From Acidobacteriota bacterium (GTDB taxonomy: Bacteria > Acidobacteriota > Thermoanaerobaculia > Gp7-AA8), in the NCBI GenBank assembly GCA_016184115.1, contig JACPDH010000080.1:6116-70115 (forward strand): 64,000 nucleotides of DNA, read 5' to 3'. Below, piece by piece: positions 1 through 9,170 of the stretch. Numbering within the stretch: the stretch's first letter is position 1; each line of letters begins with the position of its first letter. Under the pieces are notes generated by a model that was not told the origin of the DNA, searched no databases, and was given only the letters and a program-made list of their open reading frames with translations. A program made the position numbers and the translations under genes.

Positions 1-864
1 GCGAGAACGCGAACAAGCCCCGCGTCGGGCTCGCGAGCAGCTCGGCCGCGATTGCGGCAGCGCGCTCAGGATCGGGCATCGTTCGCAGCACGCCGATGCG
101 CTGATATCCCCCCATCGACAGGCCGAACGCCATCGTGTTGTAGAGAATCGTCGCCGCGATCGGCATCGCCGCCGCTCCAACGAACGCCCACGAGCGCACG
201 CGCCAGCGCACGACTGCGTAACAGACCAGCACCGCCGCGATCGCGATCGCCGGCGGTCGGTTCGCGATGAGGAGTCCCGTGCAGAGCCCCGCAAGAGCCG
301 CTGTCGCGAGCGACGTCCGCTCCCGCGTCAGGCAAAGGAGCGCCCCAACCAGGAACAGCTGCGACGCTCCGTGCTGCCACAGCGCCTGGCTCGAAGTCAT
401 CCAGGTATTCGTTCCGAACGCGAAGGCCGCGACGCGATGACCGAGGCGCTCAGCTTTTCCATCAACTCCGAAAGCTGGATTACGCGCTCGGTGTCCCAGC
501 CTCGAGCATCGATCCAGAACTTGACCGGAAGGTAGAGCGGCGTCACAAGAATCGGCGTGACCACCGGATAGAGCGACGCGAGTCTGCCTCCAAGCGCAGG
601 CTGGATCCAGTACACGCTCTCTGCCGGAAGCCCTCCTCGCGCCGCAGGCAGCAAGTCGTCCAGAAACAGGGTGCCGTGCTCGAGCAATGTGAACGGGATG
701 ACCCGCGTCGAGTACGTGTCGCTCGCGCCGATCAGTCGAAAGTTCGCGTTGAAGACCACGAACGCAAGCAGCGCGACGAGGATTGCCTTGCGAGAATCTC
801 CACGACGCGCCGCCGCAGGCATCGCATCGTCACGTTCGCTCGTCGAAACAGTCACTGGGCGCAT
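1..864 (-). CDS. Polytopic membrane protein, putative glycosyltransferase (GT39/GT83-like). The N-terminus is at 864. The reading frame appears to shift near 397-420 and then continues in another frame past position 1, so the gene is partial at the window edge.
   Basis: ORF 397..864 (-) encodes an N-terminal TM helix plus a loop. Directly downstream on the same strand, a different frame translates to further TM helices (…LFLVGALLCLTRERTSLATAALAGLCTGLLIANRPPAIAIAAVLVCYAVV…) and runs off the window. The ORF-track frame 66..380 is Arg/Gly-rich junk. Confidence 0.4.
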
Positions 865-1065
865 CCTCGCTGATTGACATTGGCACTACTTGAAGATCGG
901 CGACAAGAATACACGCTGACGCCTTCCCCATCCGCGTCGAGCCGGCGGTGGCACCGAGGCTCGCGCCTCGTTCCTCTGCGTCAAGCCCGTCCACACACAC
1001 CACCGCGCCGTCTGGTATCGTTCGTCGCGCACCATCAGGCAGGGCCGTCTCGGCCACGGAACGAT

Positions 1066-3006
1066 ATGGAACCAATGAGCGCTTCAGAGGATGGGGAGAC
1101 GTCCCAGTTCGAAGGCACCCGGCAAACGCCGGCTGTCCGCCTCGCTTGGGGTGCCTCCCTCCTGCTCGCGATCACGATCGCGGCGCTGCTCGCCTTCGCA
1201 CCAACTCTCTCGATGCCCTTCTTCGCCGATGACATCGACCTTCTCCACCGCACGGCCGACTACCGCGAGGGCGTGCTCTCGCTCAGAGCATACGTTTCCG
1301 CGACCCACAATGAACACCGCATCCCCGTAATGCGCCTGCTCGTGCTCGCATCGACGACACCGGGCGGCCTCGATTCGCGCACATTCCACGCTGCCGCGAT
1401 CGCGGTCCACGTCGGTTGCGGCGTGCTCGTCGCGCTGATGATCGCCCCGGCGTTCGGGCGTGCATATGCACTGTTTGGCGGCGCGCTCTTCGCCGTCTCG
1501 GGCGTCTTTTCGTCGATGGTCGTTTGGGCTCCCACGAGCGCGGTGTTCTCGCTTTCGCTATTCTTCGTCCTGCTCGCTCGTCACGCCGTCGCAGGAACGG
1601 AACGGCCGCGACTCGTGATGGCGTCGATTGCGCTCCTCGCCGCGTCGCTCTCGCTCAACGGCAGCGTGGTGGCGGTCATCCCATTCTGCATCGGCTATTG
1701 GATGAAGCTGGGCCCGACGCGCCTTCGTCGGGTCGCAGTTGCCGCCGGGTGGATCGCCGGCGCAGCACTCGTCTTCCGCTGGTCGAGCGCCGCATTCGTC
1801 GCCGCTCCCAGTGACACAGGCGTCGGCGAGCTATGGTACATGGCGCGAAACGGCCTGTTCCTGGTCCTCTCTGCCTCGATTCGATGGATACGATCGTGGA
1901 TGGCCGCCTCCGCTGGTGCAGCGCCTAACGTTGCCGAGCTTTTGACCGGCACCCTCCTCGCGGGGCTGGTGATGCGCGCGCTTCCGCGGCAGCTGCGACG
2001 AGAGGTTCTGATCCTCGTCGTATCGGCCGCGCTCCTCGCGCTCGCCATCGGATATGGCCGTCGCGAGCAGCCGATTTCGGTGATCTACTGGACAGACCGC
2101 TATTACTATGCGTTTGCCGCTCCCTTCGCCGTCGCAAGCGTGGCAATCGCGCGGCTCGCGATCGGACGCGCCTCCCGATGCTGGCTGGTCGCGGCCCTCA
2201 CGGCCCTCGTCGTGGCGGCAGGAGTGATCGTCACGCGCCACCAGCTCGGGCCACAGGTCGGGGCGGCCCACATCCTCGCTCACACACGCGCGATGATGCA
2301 TGCGCGTTCGCTCGCGGCGCTGGTACGCGACGAGGCGGCGCGCGCACCGATGCGCGTTCCCGACGGTTCCGTGCCGCTTCCGGGCGTCCACAAGGGGAAG
2401 ATGACGCTGGCCGCGATCGTCCGCGGCGTCTACCCCCGCGGTATCGAGGGGCTAGAGCTCGTTCGTGGCGGAGCGCCCACCGACGACGCGCGCGTCAACA
2501 TCATCCTCAAAACGTGGGCCCTCCGCGAAGGCTGGACATGCAGCCCGGTAGAGAGTGTTTCGGGCCGGCTGCGGGCGACGAGCGACTCCGACGTCGACTT
2601 CCGCAAGGGACCGTTCGACGCCCAGATCGGTCCCGGCTTCCACGGATGGAACTTCGGTACGCGCTCGCGCTGGCTCTCGAGACGCGGAAGCCTAACGCTC
2701 CCCTGGGCGGGACAACGATCGCTCGTCGTCGAAGCGAACGTTCCCAGCGCGGCGCTGCGAAAGGCCGGCATCCTCGGCCCGGCCGACCGCGTGAACGTGC
2801 GGGCGAACGGCACCACCCTCGGCGCACTCGATTTCAGTGGCGACGACTTCGTCTCCCAGTCGTTCCCACTCCCTTCAGCCCTTGGCGATTCGATCGAGAT
2901 CTCGCTCGAAAGCACCTTCAGCTGGCACGCCCGGCAGGTCTATCCGAACAACCTCGATCCCCGCGAGCTCAGCGTGAACGTCATCGCCATCCGACTCGTC
3001 GACTGA
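1066..3006 (+). CDS. Large polytopic membrane protein (about 11+ TM helices) with a C-terminal soluble domain; putative membrane glycosyltransferase or envelope protein.
   Basis: Long ORF. The Arg-rich N-terminal extension of ORF 874 is discarded and the start is placed at ATG 1066 (MEPMSASEDGE…). There are many hydrophobic helices and the FFADDIDLL loop motif. The gene is divergent from the neighbouring membrane-protein gene. Confidence 0.55.
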   Translation: MEPMSASEDGETSQFEGTRQTPAVRLAWGASLLLAITIAALLAFAPTLSMPFFADDIDLLHRTADYREGVLSLRAYVSATHNEHRIPVMRLLVLASTTPGGLDSRTFHAAAIAVHVGCGVLVALMIAPAFGRAYALFGGALFAVSGVFSSMVVWAPTSAVFSLSLFFVLLARHAVAGTERPRLVMASIALLAASLSLNGSVVAVIPFCIGYWMKLGPTRLRRVAVAAGWIAGAALVFRWSSAAFVAAPSDTGVGELWYMARNGLFLVLSASIRWIRSWMAASAGAAPNVAELLTGTLLAGLVMRALPRQLRREVLILVVSAALLALAIGYGRREQPISVIYWTDRYYYAFAAPFAVASVAIARLAIGRASRCWLVAALTALVVAAGVIVTRHQLGPQVGAAHILAHTRAMMHARSLAALVRDEAARAPMRVPDGSVPLPGVHKGKMTLAAIVRGVYPRGIEGLELVRGGAPTDDARVNIILKTWALREGWTCSPVESVSGRLRATSDSDVDFRKGPFDAQIGPGFHGWNFGTRSRWLSRRGSLTLPWAGQRSLVVEANVPSAALRKAGILGPADRVNVRANGTTLGALDFSGDDFVSQSFPLPSALGDSIEISLESTFSWHARQVYPNNLDPRELSVNVIAIRLVD

Positions 3007-3095
3007 CATTCCGAGGAGCTGATGCCGCAGGCGTCTGCCGATTCCCAAGATTCCGGCATCGCATCATCGCTGCGCGAGCTATCGCGGTTCCGCCG

Positions 3096-4517
3096 CTACG
3101 CCGAGGTACGCTCTGAGCCCGCGCCCTTTCGTGCTCGTCGGGGAGTGACACGCAACCCGCCGAACATGACTCCGACTCGCCGCGCGTCCTCTCGGTTCGG
3201 CGCGATCGACTGCGCGTCGATCGTTTTCGCGACTCTCCATTCGAGCGTGACGAAGTTCCCGACACGCTCGCCGACGACCCTCCTCGGAATCACCCCCCGA
3301 TAGCGACGCGGTCTTCCAGGAATCGCAACCGCGTGCCGCAGCGAGATCTTCGTACCGTTCGCGTAGAGCTCGACGCCACGATAGTGAGCGCGCGCGGCGG
3401 CGTAGATGAGCTCGAACTCGACCGTGTAGTCATGATCGGGCGCAAGCCTCAGGTCGAGCGTCGAAACCGTGCCTGGGCCCGTCCAGCGACCATGCCGCCC
3501 AGGCCCCACTGCCTCGGCTGAGTGCCAGCCACTTCCCTCCACGGGCCCTGCAACATCCCACACGAACGAGCCGCGTGGTTCCGGGCTCGACTCGATGCAG
3601 CGCTGCTGATAGTGCTTCTCCAGTAGCTCGACCATCACCTCAGGCGGAAGTGGCTGTTTCATGTGCGCATGAGATGCCGCTCCGAACCGCTCGAGCAGCA
3701 ACTCGCACATGCGATGGAACCGCTCTTCGAACAGTGCACTCGCGCGCTCGTACATCGCGACATCGACGGAGTTCGCTTCCAACACCGCGTCGACGAGTCG
3801 AGGGGCGAGATCGGCCCTCCGGTTGCCCGTTGCAGCGACGTTGAACGACTGGTAGTTCGTCGCAGGCTTCCATCCGAACACAAAGTCGAGCATGAACGCA
3901 GAATCCTGAAAACGCTCGCAGAGCCCGAACATCGCGAAGCTTTCGAGCCGTTCAGCCGCAACGGAAGCCCCCAGGTTGGGAAATAACGAGTCACCGCTTG
4001 CCCACGCTTCGGAATGTCCCATCTTCTGCTGGTGTGTTTTGAGCTGCGCGGCGGGGATCGACGCGACGAAACCCGCTGCCCAGTTCGCCTGAGCGTGGAC
4101 CGTCACCGGATCCGAAAGGAACTCGTCGAGACTCAACGCTCGCGAAACGACGTAGTCGTGCTGGAACGCGTTCGGTGTCCTCGCCACGTAGTGGTAGGTC
4201 GAGACGAGGCGATCGACGGGATGCCTCAGCATCGTGACGAACACCGCGTTTCGAACGGCCTCGCCGATGCTGTAGACGTAATGTCCATTGAACAATCGAT
4301 ACCGGGACAGCTCCTCGCTCGTCCCGAGGTGTGGCCACCACCACTCGTCGGGTCGCGGGTAGCTCTGTCGCACGTCGAAGTGCTTCGCCAAGAGCGCACG
4401 AAACGTCAGTCCGGCAGTCTTCGGAATGTGGACGAACACGAGTCGCTCGTCGGCGGTCAGTCGATGCTCGAGATCAGGCAATGGAGAATCGTCACACAGA
4501 TTCGATACCGAAATCAC
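3096..4517 (-). CDS. Sulfotransferase family protein (PAPS-dependent; the HIPKTAGLTF 5'-PSB-like motif is present).
   Basis: N-terminal motif FVHIPKTAGLTF is typical of the sulfotransferase family (NodH/HS-sulfotransferase-like PKTGGT motif). 473-aa ORF with good codon bias. Confidence 0.65.
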   Translation of the reverse strand: MISVSNLCDDSPLPDLEHRLTADERLVFVHIPKTAGLTFRALLAKHFDVRQSYPRPDEWWWPHLGTSEELSRYRLFNGHYVYSIGEAVRNAVFVTMLRHPVDRLVSTYHYVARTPNAFQHDYVVSRALSLDEFLSDPVTVHAQANWAAGFVASIPAAQLKTHQQKMGHSEAWASGDSLFPNLGASVAAERLESFAMFGLCERFQDSAFMLDFVFGWKPATNYQSFNVAATGNRRADLAPRLVDAVLEANSVDVAMYERASALFEERFHRMCELLLERFGAASHAHMKQPLPPEVMVELLEKHYQQRCIESSPEPRGSFVWDVAGPVEGSGWHSAEAVGPGRHGRWTGPGTVSTLDLRLAPDHDYTVEFELIYAAARAHYRGVELYANGTKISLRHAVAIPGRPRRYRGVIPRRVVGERVGNFVTLEWRVAKTIDAQSIAPNREDARRVGVMFGGLRVTPRRARKGAGSERTSA

Positions 4518-4581
4518 GACCCCTGAGCCTCACCATCTCCCCCGAGCCTCCCGTTTCTGGCATCATGGGGGGCTGACACCC

Positions 4582-6801
4582 ATGGCATTCAACTGCATCT
4601 CCTGCAAATCCGAGATCGACCCGGAATCGAAGGCCTGCCCACGCTGCGGCGACCAGATCACCGATTTCCTACGCACGTATCAACAGCAACTCCTCGACGG
4701 AAAGTACCAGTTGTTGGAGCGGCTGGGACGCGGCGGGATGGGCGAGGTCTACAAAGTACTGCACACACACCTCCACACGATCCGCGTCGTGAAGGTGATG
4801 CGTCCGCAGCTGACGGGCGATCAGTCGCTCCACGAGCGCTTCGTGCGCGAGGCGAAACTCGCGACGCGAATCCAGCACCAGAACGTAGCCACTCTCCACG
4901 ATTTTGCGTCGCTCCCCGACGGCTCCTACTACATGATCTGGGAGTTCATCGATGGGCTGAATCTCGCCGCATTGATCCGTCGCGACGGCCGTCTCGGCAT
5001 CCGAACCGTCATCGACATCGCGATTCAAACGCTGCACGGGCTCGACTCGATTCACTCGGCCGGCATCGTCCATCGCGATATCAGCCCCGAGAACATCATG
5101 GTCTCGAGCGACTCATCGGGACAGCTGCGGGTCAAGCTGATCGACCTAGGCATCGCGAAGAGCGACGCCGTCGATAACTCGCAGACTGCTACCGGCATGT
5201 TCGTGGGCAAATGGAAGTACGCCTCGCCGGAGCACCTCGGCATGATGGAGCCGGGCGAAGTCATCGACGGGCGCGCCGACCTCTACTCCTTCGGCATCGT
5301 GCTCTACGAAATGCTCGCGGGGCGGCCGCCGTTCGAGGCGACGACGCCCGGGCAGTATCTCGTCGTCCATTCGCGCGAGACGGCGAACCCGCTCGTCGAG
5401 CGGCCGATCACGTTTCCCGACGCGCCTGGGCTCGAGAACGTCCTTCGCAAAGCTCTCGAGAAGAAGCGCGAGCTTCGCTACGCCAACGCGCGCGAGCTCG
5501 CGCGCGCGCTCGGTGAGGTGCTCAGCAGGATGCAGGGAGTCGACGACGTCCCGACGGCGATCACGCCGCTGCCGAGTTATCAGGGGCCGACTGCCCCAGG
5601 CTCGGGCGGTCCTGCGTTGCCGACGATGATGCAGACGCCGACGCCTCCGCCAGGACGACCGGGTGCATTCGACCCGACGATGGCGGTACCACAACCGGGC
5701 GCACACGCGCCGACGATGGCGGTTCCGCAGCCGGGAGCGCACGCGCCAACGATGGCCGTCCCGCCGCCGCCTCCAGGGCCGGCGTACTACCAGACGACTC
5801 CTGGCGCCGCGCAACCACCCCACCAGACAGCGCCCGGCGCGCCGCAGACCGTTCTGACATCACCGGGCGTGCATCCGCCCAAGAAATCGAGCAGCGCCCT
5901 CTTCGCGGTGTTAGGCGCCGCGGGAGCGCTCGTCCTCCTCCTCGCGGGAGCAGGCGGCTGGTTCCTTTACAAACAACTGCAGAAGGAGCAGCCCGAGCAG
6001 GCTGCCTCCACGACCGCGACGACGGCAACCGGAACCGCGACCGCGCCGCCCAGCGGAACGATCCTCGACGTCGCGGTCACCCCGACGACGTCGATGACGA
6101 CAGCCGCGGTTCCGGCGACCGAGACGACGAGCACGCTCGTGGAGCTCGCGCCGACCACGACCACCGCGACGGTTCCGCTGATTCCGCCGACCGACATCAA
6201 CACGCGGCCGCCGAAGACGACGACCATGACTCCGGTGACGAGGCCGCCTGTCGACACGCAGCCGCCTACGACGATTGAACCGGAGCCGGAGCCCCCTCCG
6301 GCCGACGACGCGATCGCGACCGCCGGCCCGTTCGGACGCAGGTCGCGCAAGCTCGTCACGGACGAGACCTACTCGCGCGGCTTCAAGCGCGGCATCATCC
6401 GCAATTACGATGACATGTGGGCCGGAACCGACGTCGACTGGGCCTCGGTCGCGCGCGGCGTGAAACTCTCGCAGTACGCGATCAAGGTCGGCCCATTCCG
6501 GAACATGACGCGCTACAACAGTTCCGCGCTCAAGCGAACGCTCGAAGTGACGCTGCAGGATGAGTTCGACGGGATCGCCGGATCGAAGGGCACGCTCCTC
6601 ACACAGAACGCGATCATCTGGGCCTCCGACGCCGAGGACGGTCCCACCGGCCTCGGAATCGAAATGATCTTCCGCGATCCATCGGGCCGCGTCGTCGCAA
6701 AGCTCCGTAATTTCGTGAGGGATTACCCACCTGACGACGCCGCGGAAGAGATGCTCGAGCAGCTCACCGATTTCGTCGAGGATCACCCCGTGATCAAATG
6801 A
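4582..6801 (+). CDS. Hanks-type Ser/Thr protein kinase. It has an N-terminal zinc ribbon, a Pro-rich tandem-repeat linker, one TM helix, a Thr-rich region and a C-terminal extracytoplasmic domain of unknown function.
   Basis: CxxC…CxxC (CISCKSE…CPRCGD). Kinase subdomains are present (GxGGMGEVYK, VHRDISPENIM, DLGIAK, SPE, DLYSFG). A 12-aa repeat (AVPQPGAHAPTM) occurs three times. Hydrophobic segment ALFAVLGAAGALVLLLAGAGGWFLY. Confidence 0.85.
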   Translation: MAFNCISCKSEIDPESKACPRCGDQITDFLRTYQQQLLDGKYQLLERLGRGGMGEVYKVLHTHLHTIRVVKVMRPQLTGDQSLHERFVREAKLATRIQHQNVATLHDFASLPDGSYYMIWEFIDGLNLAALIRRDGRLGIRTVIDIAIQTLHGLDSIHSAGIVHRDISPENIMVSSDSSGQLRVKLIDLGIAKSDAVDNSQTATGMFVGKWKYASPEHLGMMEPGEVIDGRADLYSFGIVLYEMLAGRPPFEATTPGQYLVVHSRETANPLVERPITFPDAPGLENVLRKALEKKRELRYANARELARALGEVLSRMQGVDDVPTAITPLPSYQGPTAPGSGGPALPTMMQTPTPPPGRPGAFDPTMAVPQPGAHAPTMAVPQPGAHAPTMAVPPPPPGPAYYQTTPGAAQPPHQTAPGAPQTVLTSPGVHPPKKSSSALFAVLGAAGALVLLLAGAGGWFLYKQLQKEQPEQAASTTATTATGTATAPPSGTILDVAVTPTTSMTTAAVPATETTSTLVELAPTTTTATVPLIPPTDINTRPPKTTTMTPVTRPPVDTQPPTTIEPEPEPPPADDAIATAGPFGRRSRKLVTDETYSRGFKRGIIRNYDDMWAGTDVDWASVARGVKLSQYAIKVGPFRNMTRYNSSALKRTLEVTLQDEFDGIAGSKGTLLTQNAIIWASDAEDGPTGLGIEMIFRDPSGRVVAKLRNFVRDYPPDDAAEEMLEQLTDFVEDHPVIK
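5674..5775 (+). repeat. 36-bp tandem repeat, about 2.7 copies, in frame inside the kinase linker (encodes PTMAVPQPGAHA).
   Basis: The unit ccgacgatggcggtaccacaaccgggcgcacacgcg is repeated with few mismatches. Confidence 0.8.
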
Positions 6802-7397
6802 GTGAGCCCCGTTCGCCTCGAAGGATCGCCGTCTTTTGCGGTTCGGCGACGGGACACGATCAGCGTCACGTCGCCGCCGCACGCCTCCTCGGTGACACAC
6901 TCGCCGAGCGGGGGATCGGTCTCGTATACGGCGGCGGGAGCATTGGGTTGATGGGCGCGATCGCCGACTCGCTCCTCGCCCGCGGCGGCGAAGCGATCGG
7001 CGTGATCCCTCGCACGCTTTGGGAACGCGAAGTCGGCCATCGCGGCCTAACCGAGCTGCACATCGTCGAGACGATGCACGAGCGGAAGGCAATGATGGCT
7101 GGACTCGCCGATGCATTCGTCGCGCTCCCGGGAGGATTGGGAACGCTCGAAGAGCTGTTCGAGGCGTGGACCTGGTCGCAACTCGGCCTGCATCGCAAAC
7201 CGTGCGCGATCCTCGATGCGAGCGGCTACTACGACGACCTCGTTTCGTTTCTCGACAAGGCAGTCGCTGCTGGATTCGTCGACGCAACCTACCGCGCGAT
7301 GCTCATCGTCGAGCGCGAGCCCGCAACTCTTCTCGAGCGCCTCGCGTCGTACGCACCACCGAGCGTGTCGCGGTGGATCGACAAGGCGACCGTGTGA
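6798..7397 (+). CDS. LOG family protein (cytokinin riboside 5'-monophosphate phosphoribohydrolase-like, TIGR00730-type).
   Basis: Motifs IAVFCGS, GLVYGGGSIGLMG and ALPGGLGTLEEL. Confidence 0.85.
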   Translation: MSEPRSPRRIAVFCGSATGHDQRHVAAARLLGDTLAERGIGLVYGGGSIGLMGAIADSLLARGGEAIGVIPRTLWEREVGHRGLTELHIVETMHERKAMMAGLADAFVALPGGLGTLEELFEAWTWSQLGLHRKPCAILDASGYYDDLVSFLDKAVAAGFVDATYRAMLIVEREPATLLERLASYAPPSVSRWIDKATV

Positions 7398-7400
7398 CGG

Positions 7401-7575
7401 GTTGTTGGTTGTTAGTTGTTGGTTGTTAGTTGTTAGACGGGAGTGGGAGGCTGCGGGTGAGTGCCTGAACCTCAACCGTTCGCGAGTCGGCACCAACACT
7501 CCCGCGGCACATATGTCGCGCGCAACTACCCACGCCTGTCTAACAACTAACAACCGACAACCAGCAACCAACAAC
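7401..7575. repeat. Inverted arrays of heptamer tandem repeats. The left arm (GTTGTTG/GTTGTTA)x5 is at 7401-7438 and the right arm (CTAACAA/CCAACAA)x5 is at 7538-7575. The ~100-bp core carries its own nested hairpin (cgggagtg…cactcccg). The element fills the whole convergent intergenic region.
   Basis: Direct reading of the sequence: gttgttggttgttagttgttggttgttagttgttag … ctaacaactaacaaccgacaaccagcaaccaacaac. Confidence 0.85.
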
Positions 7576-7579
7576 TCCT

Positions 7580-7864
7580 CTACCCACCACTCAGTGCCGG
7601 GAGGATCACGATCTCGCTTCGTGCATGAACCGGCGTCGCGAGGCCTGCCGCAAATCGAATGCTCTCTCCGTCAACGAAGATGTTCACGTGAGGCCTGACT
7701 TCCCCTTTTTCGGTGAGGATGCGGTCGCGCACGCCAGGGCAGCTCCCCCAGAAAAGCGCAAGCGCGTCGGCAAGCGACTTCGCGTTGCCGTCGACGCGGA
7801 CTTCGCCCCGGCTTCCGGCAAGATCGCGCAGCGGCTCTGGAATCACGAAGAGCATTGGCCTCAC
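7580..7864 (-). CDS. MoaD/ThiS-family ubiquitin-like sulfur-carrier protein with a C-terminal Gly-Gly.
   Basis: 94 aa ending in …ILPALSGG. The start overlaps the stop of the upstream gene (ATGA overlap). Confidence 0.65.
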   Translation of the reverse strand: MRPMLFVIPEPLRDLAGSRGEVRVDGNAKSLADALALFWGSCPGVRDRILTEKGEVRPHVNIFVDGESIRFAAGLATPVHARSEIVILPALSGG

Positions 7865-9003
7865 TTCGCTTTCCGGCGCGGCTTCGACACGACAGCCGCT
7901 CTGACCGACACGATCGGCGGAAGGCCATCCGCCATCAGCTCCCAGCTCTTCCCTTCGTCGGAGGAGCCGAAGAGCTTTCCGCTGCGCGTGCCGAAGTAGA
8001 CTCCGACCGGATCGAGGGGGTCGACCGCGAGGGAATCGCGCAGGACCGTCTCAAGCGCTCCCTTCTGCGGCAACCCTCTCGTCATCGGCTTCCAACTCCC
8101 GGCTCCATCGCGCGTCCGATAGACGCGCAGCTTTCCTTCCGGCGTGCAGCGGAAACCGTCCGACTCGAGCGGAACGATCCACGCGGTGTCGGGATCTTCG
8201 GGATGAACTGCCATCGCGAAACCGAAGTCGCTCGGAACGCCATTTGCGACATCGCTCCAGCTTTCGCCCCAGTCGTCGCTACGGTAGAGCCCCCAGTGAT
8301 TCTGCAGGTACATCCGCTCCGGCGCCGTCGGCGACTGCACGACCTTGTGTACGCACTGGCCGAACTCAGGATATTTGTCAGGAAGGAACTCGGCGCGAAC
8401 GCCCTTGTTCGACGGACGCCACGTCGCTCCCCCATCATCGGTCACGTACATTCCGGCGGCGGAGATCGCAATCCGCATCTTTTTCTCGTCGCTCGGGTCG
8501 AGGAGGATCGTGTGGAGGCAGAGCCCACCGGCGCCCGGCATCCAGCGCGGTCGGTGTTCGTGGTTCCAGAGCCCTTCGACGAGCGACCATGTCGCCCCCG
8601 CGTCACGGGAAACGAAGAGCGCCGCGGGCTCGACGCCGCAGTAGATCGTGTCGGGCTCGGAGTCGCGTCCCGGCGTGATCTGCCAGATCTGCTTCAACTC
8701 TCCGCCGCTCGACTCCGGGAACTTCACCTTCGATGTCTCGGGATCGGACCAGGTCTCGCCGAAGTCATCGCTGAAGGACGTGCTCGCTCCCCATGCCCAA
8801 CTCATCGCGCCAGCCCAAAGCCGCTGCCTCCCGGCACGGCTGTCGAGTGTCATCGCGTAGACCGGACAACCGGCGAAGTACGGTCCGCCGATCTCCCACT
8901 TCTCCCGACTCCTTCCCGATCGAAAGATGAACGAACCCTTCATCGTCCCCACGAGCACGAGGACGTCGCCGTTACGCGGCGAGACGTGACGGACCTCCGG
9001 CAT
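7861..9003 (-). CDS. BNR/Asp-box repeat protein (sialidase or glycoside-hydrolase-like beta-propeller).
   Basis: Several Asp-box-like motifs (SxDxGxTW: SRDAGATW, TDDGGATW, SDDWGESW, TRDGAGSW). The start is placed at M56 (ATG 9003, MPEVRHV…). Confidence 0.65.
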   Translation of the reverse strand: MPEVRHVSPRNGDVLVLVGTMKGSFIFRSGRSREKWEIGGPYFAGCPVYAMTLDSRAGRQRLWAGAMSWAWGASTSFSDDFGETWSDPETSKVKFPESSGGELKQIWQITPGRDSEPDTIYCGVEPAALFVSRDAGATWSLVEGLWNHEHRPRWMPGAGGLCLHTILLDPSDEKKMRIAISAAGMYVTDDGGATWRPSNKGVRAEFLPDKYPEFGQCVHKVVQSPTAPERMYLQNHWGLYRSDDWGESWSDVANGVPSDFGFAMAVHPEDPDTAWIVPLESDGFRCTPEGKLRVYRTRDGAGSWKPMTRGLPQKGALETVLRDSLAVDPLDPVGVYFGTRSGKLFGSSDEGKSWELMADGLPPIVSVRAAVVSKPRRKAK

Positions 9004-9170
9004 CGATGTTGTCTCCTTTCTCCCGATTCTATTGAACGGCCAGCGAGAGATCGAGCAGAACGCGAGAAACGTGACCAATCGGCAACGCGTAGCTCTCGCT
9101 GTGGGGCATCCCACGATTGCTTCAGGATTCAATTGCGAATTGGGTAAAATCGTCGCGTTCACCGTCAACC

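Noticed and set aside
874-1065. An N-terminal extension of the membrane-protein ORF starting at 874.
   Set aside because: The extension is Arg/Pro-rich with no hydrophobic or conserved character. The ATG at 1066 precedes the first TM helix.
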